64,000 bases of DNA from Candidatus Aenigmatarchaeota archaeon (GTDB lineage: Archaea; Aenigmatarchaeota; Aenigmatarchaeia; QMZP01; QMZT01): contig JAFGCI010000006.1 of assembly GCA_016932735.1 (NCBI GenBank), positions 127,144 through 191,143 on the forward strand, written 5' to 3'. Of the stretch, positions 44,799 through 54,311 are shown one piece after another (within the stretch, counting starts at the first letter, position 1; every line of letters starts with the position of its first letter). A model generated the notes under the pieces. The model saw only the letters and a list, made by a program, of their open reading frames with translations. It did not search any database and was not told the origin of the DNA. Made by a program: the position numbers and the translations under genes.

Positions 44799-45221
44799 CT
44801 AAATAAGACCTTCATCAATGAGCATCTGCTTATGGTCGTAAGCCAGTTCCATTTTCCTGATTTCTTCCGGCTTAAACCATCTCACTTCTGAAACTTCCTC
44901 CGGCTGATTTACATTGGGCTCTCCGGAAACAATTCTGGATATATGAGGAAGGCATATGACAGTTTTCTTCGGATGCCTCCCCATGGAATCATAATATCGC
45001 CCCAAAAACCTTACAACCTCAATTTCGACTCCGATTTCTTCTCTCGCCTCTCTTTTTGCAGCCTCTTCAACCGTTTCCCCCCAGTCTATAAAGCCTCCTA
45101 CAAGACACCAGTATCCAGGAAAAGTCCACATGGAATCCGATCTTCTTTCAAGAAGTATCTCGCCTTTATTATTGACTATTATATTATCCACTCCGACATA
45201 AGGGTGATCTTTTTCTTCCAT
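44799..45221 (-). CDS. Nudix hydrolase
   Basis: GG..DWGET.EEAAKREAREEIG Nudix box. Confidence 0.92.
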   Translation of the reverse strand: MEEKDHPYVGVDNIIVNNKGEILLERRSDSMWTFPGYWCLVGGFIDWGETVEEAAKREAREEIGVEIEVVRFLGRYYDSMGRHPKKTVICLPHISRIVSGEPNVNQPEEVSEVRWFKPEEIRKMELAYDHKQMLIDEGLI

Positions 45222-45270
45222 AGATTAATTTTAATCTTAAAGTTAAAAAATCTTAAAAAGATAGCAAGAG

Positions 45271-46116
45271 TTATTTTTTCATATTAACTACCGTGGGTAT
45301 TGAATCAATTACATCTGTTGCGAGAAGTCCTTCTCCAACTCGTTGTGAAGCGATTTCCCCCGCGGCTCCAGAAATAAAAGCTCCGCCGCATGCGGCATCA
45401 AAAATTTCCACTTTTCTGCCAAGAAGCGACAGAATTATTCCGGAAAGAACGTCTCCTGTTCCTCCCTTTGTCATGTAAGGCGTTCCGGTTTCATTGACGG
45501 CGACTTTCTCCCCGTCAGAAATCACGTCAACGTGGGATTTCAAAACTACTGTACATTCTAATTTTTTGGAACATTCCTGAACTTCGGATAATCTTCTGTT
45601 TGGCTCCACATCTGGCTTTTCACCTGTCAGATAATAATATTCCCCCTCATGCGGCGTGATGACAAAATTCTTCCCGAGCTTTTTTCCTTTGACTGCCTTC
45701 AGCCCATCGGCATCAACTATACAAGGCTTGTCAATAGCTTTCAATAGTGAAGAAACGAGATTCATTGTTTCCTGTTCTGTTCCGAGACCGGGACCTATAA
45801 GTACTGCGTCGACTTTGTCGACAAGCTTTATTATCTCTGTGAAATCCTTTTCTTTCAGAAAAGCTCCTTTAAATGGTACTGTTATCAGGTTTGGCGACAA
45901 TGACGCATCGGTATCTGCCGCCCTTTCCGGAGCTGCTATTATTGCAAGGTCGGAACCTGATCTCAGGGATGCCATTGCAGAAAGAGCAGGCGCACCCGTA
46001 TACTTCTCACTACCGCCTATTACGAGGACTTTGCCAAAATCTCCCTTATGGCACCACTCTGTCCTTCTTGGATAAAGTCTTTTGACAATATCCTTATCCA
46101 CTTCAAAGACTTCCAT
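45271..46116 (-). CDS. nnrD: ADP-dependent NAD(P)HX dehydratase
   Basis: HKGDFGKVLVIGGS, GPGLG, VDADGL, TPH.GE, GGTGDVLSG. Confidence 0.92.
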   Translation of the reverse strand: MEVFEVDKDIVKRLYPRRTEWCHKGDFGKVLVIGGSEKYTGAPALSAMASLRSGSDLAIIAAPERAADTDASLSPNLITVPFKGAFLKEKDFTEIIKLVDKVDAVLIGPGLGTEQETMNLVSSLLKAIDKPCIVDADGLKAVKGKKLGKNFVITPHEGEYYYLTGEKPDVEPNRRLSEVQECSKKLECTVVLKSHVDVISDGEKVAVNETGTPYMTKGGTGDVLSGIILSLLGRKVEIFDAACGGAFISGAAGEIASQRVGEGLLATDVIDSIPTVVNMKK

Positions 46117-46148
46117 AAATAATAATTTGGCGCGGTCTGTTATATTTC

Positions 46149-47078
46149 TTAGGCCCAGTAAGGGTTCCTGAGGTATTTGAATATCGAATAAACTGCAAGA
46201 TGGCCTTCTCCTATGGCTTCGGGTATCCGCATCAGTTTCCCCGTTATATCACCAGCGGCATAAATGCCGTCAATGGATGTTTTCATCTGATTGTCGACAA
46301 CGACTTTGTTGCCTTCCATCTTTATGTCAAGGTCTTTGAGATAATCAATACTTATGACAGAACCTGCAAAAATGAATATATCATCGAACTTATCGTTCTT
46401 TGTTTTGCTTTTGATGTTATCAAGAAGGGTCACCGATTCTATGTTTTCAGCGCCAGCCTTTATTTCAGTGAGTTCTGTGTTGAACAGAATTATGGCATCT
46501 GTCTTGTTTATACATGCAGTATTCTTTTCAGTGCATCTGAAGACATCTTTCCTGTGCACAATTGACACGTCGGCCTTGGCATTAGATAATGCGAATGCGG
46601 CCTCAACTGCCGTATCGCCTCCTCCCACCACAAGAACCTTGTGACCCTCATATAGTGCAGGATTCTTTATTGAATAATGGACTCTCTTATGATCCTCCCC
46701 GTTTATTCCAAGTTTCCTAGGCGTTCCTGCAATTCCCGTTGCTATGAGAATCGACTTGGTCTCGTATTCCTTTTTAGTGGTATGAATCATGAATGTCTTG
46801 GATTTTTCATTCTTTTCTATCTTCTCGACCGGCTCCTTTTCCCTGATTTCGCTTCCTTCCCTCTGGACATGATCCATCATTATGTCCGACATCTCCTGCC
46901 CGGTCTTATTCCAAAAGCCGAGGAAAGAATCGACCTTCTTCCAGGGATAACCCTGTATCAGCGCCCCTCCTCCAAGGTTGGCCTCAATTACTATATGTTT
47001 AAGCTTGAGATAGGAAGCTGTCAGGGAAGCTGAAAGCCCCGCTGGCCCTGCACCGATAATGATAAGGTCATAAATCAT
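46149..47078 (-). CDS. Thioredoxin-reductase-fold FAD/NAD(P) oxidoreductase lacking CxxC (FNR/YumC-like)
   Basis: IIGAGPAG, ATG, VGGGDTA, TS..GIYAAGD; VHYSIKNP where TrxR has CxxC; start ATG 47078. Confidence 0.85.
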   Translation of the reverse strand: MIYDLIIIGAGPAGLSASLTASYLKLKHIVIEANLGGGALIQGYPWKKVDSFLGFWNKTGQEMSDIMMDHVQREGSEIREKEPVEKIEKNEKSKTFMIHTTKKEYETKSILIATGIAGTPRKLGINGEDHKRVHYSIKNPALYEGHKVLVVGGGDTAVEAAFALSNAKADVSIVHRKDVFRCTEKNTACINKTDAIILFNTELTEIKAGAENIESVTLLDNIKSKTKNDKFDDIFIFAGSVISIDYLKDLDIKMEGNKVVVDNQMKTSIDGIYAAGDITGKLMRIPEAIGEGHLAVYSIFKYLRNPYWA

Positions 47079-47130
47079 AAAATCACTGATTATTCTATGG
47101 ATTTCTAAATATAAATCCTTCCCGGAATCT

Positions 47131-48168
47131 ATGAACATGTACAAGATTAAGTCGGTTCCGCAGGATTTCGTGGTCGATGAGATTACAGACATAGAGGAAT
47201 CTAAAGCTTCTTCAAAACTTCGCTGGAAGGAGAAAATGGATTTGCTAAGGAACAAAAAAAAGAAACCGGCAAGGAAATTCACTGTTTTCAGGATGACAAA
47301 AACCGATATAGATTTTTTCAGGGCAATTGAAATGCTTTCTGAGAAAACAGGAATTCCTAAAAAGGAATTCGGATACGCCGGGACAAAGGATAAAAAAGCT
47401 GTGACCAGCCAGATGATTTCCATTCCGGAATATCATAAAGAGAATCTGGGAACAATGAAAATAAAAGGAATAAGGATATCGGATATATTTGAGACGGATA
47501 AACCGATAAAGCTTGGCAATCTTTCCGGAAACAAATTCAGGATAATTGTCAGGAACATCGATTCCGAAGAAAGAATCAGAATAGAAAAAAATATCGAAAA
47601 GATAAAGAAAGATGGTTTTCTTAATCTCTTCGGGGAGCAGAGATTCAGCAAAGACAACATAGAAATAGGGAGGCTTCTTGTCAGGAAGGATTTCAAAAAA
47701 GCCGCAGAACTCATCGCATCCTCAAATAACGATGTCAGGCATTACCTTTCCAGAAACAATGATGACTGTATAGGGGCAATAGAAATCCTTCCTAGAATGC
47801 TTTCAAAAATGTTTGTCCATGCTTACCAGTCCTATATATGGAATATGACCGCTGGCCAGATAAAAAAAGACTGCATGATACCAATAATCGGCTCAAAAAC
47901 CAAACTTGAGAATTATCCGGACTCAAGGAAGATAATAGAGAAGATAATGAAGAAAGAGGGGATACTTCTTTCGGATTTCGTGATAAAGGATATCATGCCC
48001 CTAAGCACGCGGGGAGAAGAAAGAAAATCGATGATAAAACCGGAAAAATTCACTCATACATTCAAAGAGGACGGGATGAATAAAGGGCAACTGAAGCTAA
48101 TCCTGAGTTTTGTGCTTCCCAAAGGAAGCTATGCAACGGTCCTTATTGATTTTATAATGAAGATATAA
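47131..48168 (+). CDS. truD: tRNA pseudouridine(13) synthase TruD/Pus7
   Basis: PQDFVVDE, YAGTKDKKAVTSQ, LG.L.GN.F.I, FGEQRF, F.LPKGSYAT. Confidence 0.93.
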   Translation: MNMYKIKSVPQDFVVDEITDIEESKASSKLRWKEKMDLLRNKKKKPARKFTVFRMTKTDIDFFRAIEMLSEKTGIPKKEFGYAGTKDKKAVTSQMISIPEYHKENLGTMKIKGIRISDIFETDKPIKLGNLSGNKFRIIVRNIDSEERIRIEKNIEKIKKDGFLNLFGEQRFSKDNIEIGRLLVRKDFKKAAELIASSNNDVRHYLSRNNDDCIGAIEILPRMLSKMFVHAYQSYIWNMTAGQIKKDCMIPIIGSKTKLENYPDSRKIIEKIMKKEGILLSDFVIKDIMPLSTRGEERKSMIKPEKFTHTFKEDGMNKGQLKLILSFVLPKGSYATVLIDFIMKI

Positions 48169-48191
48169 GGAAGAAAAAAGAATTTCTTATT

Positions 48192-49280
48192 ATGCCTAAA
48201 AAAGCTTCCGAGCCTAAGAAGTCTAAAACCGTTCCTGAAGGAACTTTGAGAATTAGTTCCAAAGAACTGAACGTTTATGAGAAAACAAAGTCGGGCTGGG
48301 AGAAGTCGGATAAACAGTTCCCTAATGCGATGCATGTTATTGACCTTTTCAAAGCTCATGATAATTTTGACATCCTGACAGACAAGAAAAATCCGAAGTG
48401 GCTCAAGGGACAGGTTTCCCCTGAAGGTAAATTGCAAGGGGCGAGAATAAACGTTCTTCCTGACGGGCGCCAGCTTGACAAGGCTTTCTCTTTGTTTGCG
48501 GAAGAGCTGACAATACATGATGCAACGACGAATGACCACTGGGACGTCCTTTACAGGAATCCCGGCGGGACTTATTCCTACGTATACACGCTCGAAAAGG
48601 ATGCAAAGACGAGAAGCAAGAAATACCAGGCGGTCGGGGAGTTTGAAAGGGTCTATCCCATCCTCATCGAAAATGTCAGAAAGGCGCTTTTTGATGAGAA
48701 CGATGACATGGCGGTTCCCATGTACACTCTTCTGAAAACACTGATGAGAATAGGCAATGAGATATATTTCAAAGCCCACGGACACAAAGGCCTCACAACC
48801 CTGAAGAAGAAGGATGTGACAATACGGGGAAAGCATGTCACTTTCAAATACCTTGCAAAAAATGGCGTGCCTTCAACAACAACAAGAAAGTTTCCCGGGA
48901 TTTACGTGGACAGGCTCAGCAAGAGGCTTTCAAAAATAAAAATGTCAGATTTCGTTTTTGCGAATACTGAAACAGGACATCCTTTAAGCGAGTCCGCATT
49001 CAAGCATGCATTCGCCAGATACTGCGGCGAGGAATTCTATCCGCATATTGTCAGATCATATTACGGAACAAAGAGAGCTGAGGATTTTCTTAAAAACAAC
49101 AATGAGGCAACCAAAAAAGAGGTAAGGAGATTCTTCCTGTCGGTTGCCGACAAGCTCAACCATAAGAGATTCGTAAAGAAAAAAGGCATCTGGACGGAAA
49201 GCTGGACGGTCACAGTCAATCATTACATAAGGCCGGAACTCGTGGAGAAGATAAAAAAGCTATCCGAATCAAATCTGTGA
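48192..49280 (+). CDS. DNA topoisomerase IB-like protein (tyrosine recombinase/TopIB catalytic fold)
   Basis: Catalytic pentad in order: MRIGNE, GLTTL, YLAKNG, HIVRSY, KLNHKR, NHYI.PE. Confidence 0.78.
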   Translation: MPKKASEPKKSKTVPEGTLRISSKELNVYEKTKSGWEKSDKQFPNAMHVIDLFKAHDNFDILTDKKNPKWLKGQVSPEGKLQGARINVLPDGRQLDKAFSLFAEELTIHDATTNDHWDVLYRNPGGTYSYVYTLEKDAKTRSKKYQAVGEFERVYPILIENVRKALFDENDDMAVPMYTLLKTLMRIGNEIYFKAHGHKGLTTLKKKDVTIRGKHVTFKYLAKNGVPSTTTRKFPGIYVDRLSKRLSKIKMSDFVFANTETGHPLSESAFKHAFARYCGEEFYPHIVRSYYGTKRAEDFLKNNNEATKKEVRRFFLSVADKLNHKRFVKKKGIWTESWTVTVNHYIRPELVEKIKKLSESNL

Positions 49281-49314
49281 GTATTGTTAAAAATCTAACA
49301 TCTAAAAAATCATC

Positions 49315-50247
49315 ATGGTTGAGATGATAGCTTTTGGTCCTGTTCCATCAAGAAGACTTGGAAGAAGTGTAGGCGTCAATAACATTCCACCAAAGAAATG
49401 TACATATTCATGTATATATTGTCAGATAGGTGGAGCATATAAAATGGGTATTACACGTCGTGAATTCTATGAACCAGATCATATTTTAAATGAAGTTAGA
49501 AAAAAGGTCGTGACGGCTAAAGGAACAATTGATTATCTTACATTTGTTCCTGATGGGGAGCCAACCCTGGATGTAAATCTCGGTCATGAAATCAAGTTAC
49601 TAAAAAAATTGGGTATAAAGGTTGCAGTGATTACTAACTCTTCGCTTATGCATAGCCCAGATGTAAGGGAAGATCTCATGGAAGCTGATCTTGTTTCAGT
49701 TAAAGTTGATTCCACTCAGGAAGATGTTTGGAAAAGAATCAATAGGCCTCATGGGAAATTGAATATCAATTCAATTCTTAATGGTCTATTATCTTTCTCA
49801 GGTGAATATGAAGGCAAATTAATCACTGAAACTATGTTAGTTAAGGGTGTAAATGACTCTGATGAAAATGTGAATCGTGTTGGAAGTTTTATTTCCGAAC
49901 TCAAAGCTGAGAAATCATATCTTTCTGTTCCTATAAGACCCCCCGCGGAAAAATCTGTCCACATTGCTGATGCCAGCACCATAAATAGGGCATATCAAAT
50001 TCTTAAGACTAAAATCGGGAATGTGGAGTATCTTATAGGTTATGAAGGCAACGAATTTGGTTTTAGTGGGGATGTAAAAAGGGATATCCTTAGCACAACA
50101 TCCGTCCATCCTATGAGACAAGATGCTGTAGAAATTCTATTGAAACAAGCCAACTGTAAATGGTCTGTTGTAAATGAATTGATTGAACAAGGACAATTGG
50201 TAGAGACCGAATATAATAAACATAAGTTTTACATGAGAAAAATCTGA
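49315..50247 (+). CDS. Radical SAM protein (COG0731/TYW1-like group; function uncertain)
   Basis: FGPVPSRRLGRS.GVN, CTYSCIYCQ, GEPTL, TNSSL, ETMLV.GVND. Confidence 0.88.
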   Translation: MVEMIAFGPVPSRRLGRSVGVNNIPPKKCTYSCIYCQIGGAYKMGITRREFYEPDHILNEVRKKVVTAKGTIDYLTFVPDGEPTLDVNLGHEIKLLKKLGIKVAVITNSSLMHSPDVREDLMEADLVSVKVDSTQEDVWKRINRPHGKLNINSILNGLLSFSGEYEGKLITETMLVKGVNDSDENVNRVGSFISELKAEKSYLSVPIRPPAEKSVHIADASTINRAYQILKTKIGNVEYLIGYEGNEFGFSGDVKRDILSTTSVHPMRQDAVEILLKQANCKWSVVNELIEQGQLVETEYNKHKFYMRKI

Positions 50248-50299
50248 ATTTGTAATAGAAAAATCAATTATAATCAGGTGATTTAATGGGATTTTCGAA

Positions 50300-50485
50300 G
50301 TGGATGAATTCAAAGCTGTCAAAAAGAACTGGAAGGACATAGCTTTGGTAAAGCTCTGCGTTTTCTTTTTCGCGCTCATGGTGGCAAAGTTATGGAACCC
50401 TGTATTGAGTCTTGAATGGTACTGGTATGGTTTGCTATTCGTGATATTCGCAATAAAGCCGCTCTATTCGATATTCAGTAAGTAG
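50300..50485 (+). CDS. Small two-TM membrane protein
   Basis: 61 aa, W.DI.L.K....F..L..AK.W pattern. Confidence 0.6.
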   Translation: MDEFKAVKKNWKDIALVKLCVFFFALMVAKLWNPVLSLEWYWYGLLFVIFAIKPLYSIFSK

Positions 50486-50523
50486 AAGATTTAATTATAT
50501 AGGAAACCTGACAAATAATAATT

Positions 50524-51162
50524 ATGAAGAGATTCCTTATCATAGCTCTGATACTGGTGATACTCTCATTCATAATGGGACTTGCATTCTATCCTATATT
50601 GCCAGAAGACGTTCCCTCTCACTGGAATGTCAGAGGCGAAGTGGACGGCTATCTTCCGAAGTTCTGGGGAGCCTTCCTCTTTCCTATAGTAACTGTCGGG
50701 CTGTTCCTGCTATTCGCATTGATACCGCACATTGACCCTAAGAAGACCAACATAGAAAAAATGGAAAAGTATTATGGAGGAATCGTCGTCCTGACAATGG
50801 GATTCCTTTTCTATATCTACATACTGACAATCGTCTGGGCGCTAGGTGCAAGAATCGGAATGAACATAATGATAATGCCTGCAATGGGTATCCTTTTCTA
50901 TGCATTGGGAGCGATAATGCATAACCTGAAAAGCAACTGGTTCGTCGGAATCAGGACACCATGGACCTTATCCAGCGAGAGCGTCTGGAAGAAGACGCAT
51001 GCACTCGGAGGAAAGGTATTCAAGATATCAGGAATCCTGGCTGTAGCGAGCATATTATTCGGCAACTATGCCTTATTCGTGTTCATTGTTCCGCTCCTTA
51101 TAGGAGTCGGATATACATTCGTGTATTCTTATCTTGAATATCAGAAAGAAGCCAGGAAGTAG
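50524..51162 (+). CDS. sdpI: SdpI/YhfL-family membrane protein (DUF1648 + SdpI)
   Basis: LP..VP.HWN..G.VDG, N.FVGIRTPWTL.SE.VW.KTH. Confidence 0.92.
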   Translation: MKRFLIIALILVILSFIMGLAFYPILPEDVPSHWNVRGEVDGYLPKFWGAFLFPIVTVGLFLLFALIPHIDPKKTNIEKMEKYYGGIVVLTMGFLFYIYILTIVWALGARIGMNIMIMPAMGILFYALGAIMHNLKSNWFVGIRTPWTLSSESVWKKTHALGGKVFKISGILAVASILFGNYALFVFIVPLLIGVGYTFVYSYLEYQKEARK

Positions 51163-51174
51163 AGGAGGTTTATT

Positions 51175-51657
51175 ATGCCGGAAAAGAAAGTCAAAGAAAC
51201 CGGTTGCTGTCCCATATTCGACCCAAAGCCATGGGACAAGAAGACCATAAAGTGGGAAAATAAGCTCTTCTTAAAAGACAGAGTTTTTAGCTTTTTTCAT
51301 ATACCGATTAATTTCGGAGCAATCATGAAAAAAGACGTTGAAATTATAGAGAAAACGAAGTCAAAAGACCCGGAAATGATAGTCCTTTCAGATGAGAATT
51401 CGCTGTTCGGGGCGGATGTGTATCTTTCTGTCAAAAAGAATGTCCCCGGAGCAAAGATGGAAAAGATTTCCGGAACATTCCTGTCGATGGTTTTCGAAGG
51501 CCCTTACGGGAGCATGGGGAAATGGGTAAAAGAGATTCAGGAATATGCAGAATCCAAAAAGAAAACAATCAAAAAGATGTATTTCTACTACACGACATGC
51601 CCTAAATGCGCCAAGGAATATGGAAAGAATTATGCAGTGATATTAGCTCAGGTATGA
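51175..51657 (+). CDS. Conserved hypothetical protein (GyrI-like fold suspected)
   Basis: CCP.FDP..WD, FEGPY....W, YYTTCPKC.K.YGKNY. Confidence 0.75.
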   Translation: MPEKKVKETGCCPIFDPKPWDKKTIKWENKLFLKDRVFSFFHIPINFGAIMKKDVEIIEKTKSKDPEMIVLSDENSLFGADVYLSVKKNVPGAKMEKISGTFLSMVFEGPYGSMGKWVKEIQEYAESKKKTIKKMYFYYTTCPKCAKEYGKNYAVILAQV

Positions 51658-51666
51658 TGTTAGAAT

Positions 51667-51753
51667 CTATTTTTCCTCTTCCTCGTCGTACCAGTCGTCT
51701 TCTTCGTCATATTCATCTTCGTCGATGAATTTTTTCTTCTTTTTCTCCTCCAT
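51667..51753 (-). CDS. 28-aa basic/acidic peptide, absent from ORF track
   Basis: MEEKKKKKFIDEDEYDEEDDWYDEEEEK; GGAGG RBS 6 nt before ATG. Confidence 0.5.
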   Translation of the reverse strand: MEEKKKKKFIDEDEYDEEDDWYDEEEEK

Positions 51754-51840
51754 CCAAACCCTCCGAAACATTCTCATGTGAGAAAGCATTTGCCTGTCTA
51801 TATTTGATTAATAAAGTATCATAAATATATCTCTTACATT

Positions 51841-53211
51841 ATGTTTAAGTTCTCATCCAGGAATGGCGAAAAAGACCTCACCAAAGGTCCCATAGGAAAG
51901 ACGTTGTTCTACCTTTCAGTCCCTGTTATCCTCGGAATGGTCCTTCAGACAGGATATAATATCGCGGATACGTATTTCATAGGACTTTTAGGCTCCGAGG
52001 AACTGGCGGCAATTAGCGTGACTTTCCCTGTAGTCTTCATATTCATCGCAATAGCTGCAGGGCTTTCTGTAGGCTCTACAGCTCTCGTTTCACAGGCACT
52101 GGGGGCCCGAAAGAAGAAAGAAGCTAACAACATGGCGGAACATTCGCTGCTGCTGTCTCTTATAGTAGGAATTATAATCGCCGTCTGCGGAATACTATTC
52201 TCAGCGCCGCTTTTTGAGTTCATGGGAGTCAGCGGACATGTTCTTGATATGACAATCCAGTATTCCAACCTGATTTTCATAGGATTCATATTCCTTTTCA
52301 TAGGATTCATCTCGCAGGGAATAATACAGGCAGGCGGAGATACTGTCACACCGGCAATATATCTGTTCATTTCTGTTATCCTGAATATAATACTGGATCC
52401 GATAATGATTTTTGGATTCGGCCAGATACCTGCAATGGGCCTTGCCGGAGGAGCCGTAGCAACTGTATTGTCAAGAGGCGTAGGCGCTTCTCTCAACATA
52501 ATTCACCTGTTAACCGGAAAGTCTGCAGTCGATATAGACCCAAAATGTTTCTGCCTCGATTTCTCTATAATGAAGAGAATTATTACCGTAGGGATTCCCT
52601 CTTCGGTCAGCAACTCGATAAACAGCATAGGTATGATAGCCCTGATGAGCATTGTCGGCGGATTCGGGACAGCCGCGATAGCAGCGTTCGGTGTCGGTGT
52701 CCGCCTAGAATCACTTGCGATAATGCCTGTAATAGGGCTGTCAACTGCTGTGACCCCGTTCATAGGCCAGAATCTGGGAGCAGGAAAACTCAAAAGGGCG
52801 AAGAAATCCATAATGCTTGCATCAGTTGCTGTTATCGGATTTATGGGCATATTCTCGCTGGTATGGTATTTTGGGCCTTCAATACTTTATTCGCCTTTCA
52901 CTCAGGATCCTGACGTGATGTCTATTGGCATAAACTACCTCCAGATAATCGCGGCAGGATATATATTCATGGGATTGAGCTTCATAATAAACGCGGCTTT
53001 TCAGGGCTCAGGCCATACAAGGCTTCAGCTTTTTGTGAACAGTACAAGATGGATATTCGTGGTTGCTATAGCATTCATGTTTGTTAGCGCGCATAGGTTG
53101 AATGGTGTATGGATCGGGTTCCCGATAGGAAATTTTGCAGGCTTTGTTGTGGCTTTTACACTGTATAAATCCGGATTGTGGCTAAAAGGATTCGGTAAAG
53201 AGAAAATATGA
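51841..53211 (+). CDS. MATE-family efflux transporter
   Basis: L..GPI...L, D..FIG.LG...LAA, G.T..P, NIILDP..IFG, G..GGA.AT, GQN.GAG...RA. Confidence 0.93.
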   Translation: MFKFSSRNGEKDLTKGPIGKTLFYLSVPVILGMVLQTGYNIADTYFIGLLGSEELAAISVTFPVVFIFIAIAAGLSVGSTALVSQALGARKKKEANNMAEHSLLLSLIVGIIIAVCGILFSAPLFEFMGVSGHVLDMTIQYSNLIFIGFIFLFIGFISQGIIQAGGDTVTPAIYLFISVILNIILDPIMIFGFGQIPAMGLAGGAVATVLSRGVGASLNIIHLLTGKSAVDIDPKCFCLDFSIMKRIITVGIPSSVSNSINSIGMIALMSIVGGFGTAAIAAFGVGVRLESLAIMPVIGLSTAVTPFIGQNLGAGKLKRAKKSIMLASVAVIGFMGIFSLVWYFGPSILYSPFTQDPDVMSIGINYLQIIAAGYIFMGLSFIINAAFQGSGHTRLQLFVNSTRWIFVVAIAFMFVSAHRLNGVWIGFPIGNFAGFVVAFTLYKSGLWLKGFGKEKI

Positions 53212-53269
53212 ATAGGAAATATTAGACTGCATTAAATTATAATAAGCAACATTATAAAATGATTATAAT

Positions 53270-53929
53270 ATGAAAGGCAAAAAGGAGGAGCACGAAAAGC
53301 CTCTTCTGGTTCTACGACCGCACATCTTCAATGCCATCCTTCCGATGTTCATGCGGAACCTGATATACTCGATCATAATTAATTTCGGACTGTTCGGTAT
53401 ACTTTATATCACTGAATATGTTGGATACATGACAGGCACAATGCAATATGGAATCCTCGTGTTCTACCTGCTTTTCATCATATCAACAGCCTTCATGGCG
53501 ATGATGCCTCTCCTATGGAGGATAGTATTCCTGCTCAACACGACATACATCTTCTACAAGAAACATCTTGTCAAGGAGTTCGAGTTCATTGTAATAAGGA
53601 CGTCCTCCGTTTCATATGACCACATAGTTGATATAACCATAAGCATATCACTGTGGGACAGGATATGCAAATCCGGTGATATGACACTGCATACGGCAGA
53701 GAATCGGGCACCCGACATAAAGCTGATGTACGTAAGCAAACCTGAAAAGATTGAACACCTAATATATGACATTATCAGCAGAGGTTCGAGAAATTATGAA
53801 AGCAGGGTCCACGAAAAGGCAAGAATGCATCCCGCGAATAGTATGCATGGACACAAAGATTCTCATACTGGGAACATTCCCGAGCATAAAAGCTCTCGAA
53901 AAAATGGAATACTACGGAAATCCAAATAA
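53270..53929 (+). CDS. Bacterial PH-domain (bPH_2) membrane protein
   Basis: Two TM helices then T.Y.......L, I.D....ISL..RI...G.....TA. Confidence 0.75.
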   Translation: MKGKKEEHEKPLLVLRPHIFNAILPMFMRNLIYSIIINFGLFGILYITEYVGYMTGTMQYGILVFYLLFIISTAFMAMMPLLWRIVFLLNTTYIFYKKHLVKEFEFIVIRTSSVSYDHIVDITISISLWDRICKSGDMTLHTAENRAPDIKLMYVSKPEKIEHLIYDIISRGSRNYESRVHEKARMHPANSMHGHKDSHTGNIPEHKSSRKNGILRKSK

Positions 53930-54311
53930 TCATTTCTGGGAAATCATAGGATATTGCCTCGATATTCCTGATTTTAATGAAATGCCTTACGAAAAAAGAC
54001 TCTCCATCCTGAAGAAGAATAAGATAGGACTGTGGGACGCAATAAGAAACTGTGAAAGAGAGACGAGCCTTGATGTAAAAATTGAAAAAGAAGAATACAA
54101 TGATTTGTCCGTTCTCAGAAAAGAATGTCCCCAACTGGAAAAGATTGTTCTTTCCAGTAAATTCATGCTCCAGACAAAGAAAAGGAAAGAAGTCCTCAAG
54201 AATGCGAAAATCCCTTTTGAAGCCGCACCCTCACCGAGCAGACGATATATAATCCCGGTAGAAGAGAAGAAAAGGATATGGAAGGAGATTATTCAAAAAT
54301 CGGTCCGTTGA
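53796..54311 (+). CDS. Uracil-DNA-glycosylase-superfamily (family 6, hypoxanthine/deoxyinosine) glycosylase
   Basis: KILILGTFPS..AL....YYGNP.NHFW, IGLWD.I..C.R..SLD..I, PSPS. Confidence 0.85.
   Translation: MKAGSTKRQECIPRIVCMDTKILILGTFPSIKALEKMEYYGNPNNHFWEIIGYCLDIPDFNEMPYEKRLSILKKNKIGLWDAIRNCERETSLDVKIEKEEYNDLSVLRKECPQLEKIVLSSKFMLQTKKRKEVLKNAKIPFEAAPSPSRRYIIPVEEKKRIWKEIIQKSVR

Noticed and set aside
48192-49280. Proviral integrase marking an integrated element
   Set aside because: No adjacent tRNA, att-like repeats or viral genes; motifs fit TopIB better than the integrase HxxR/HxLGH pattern.
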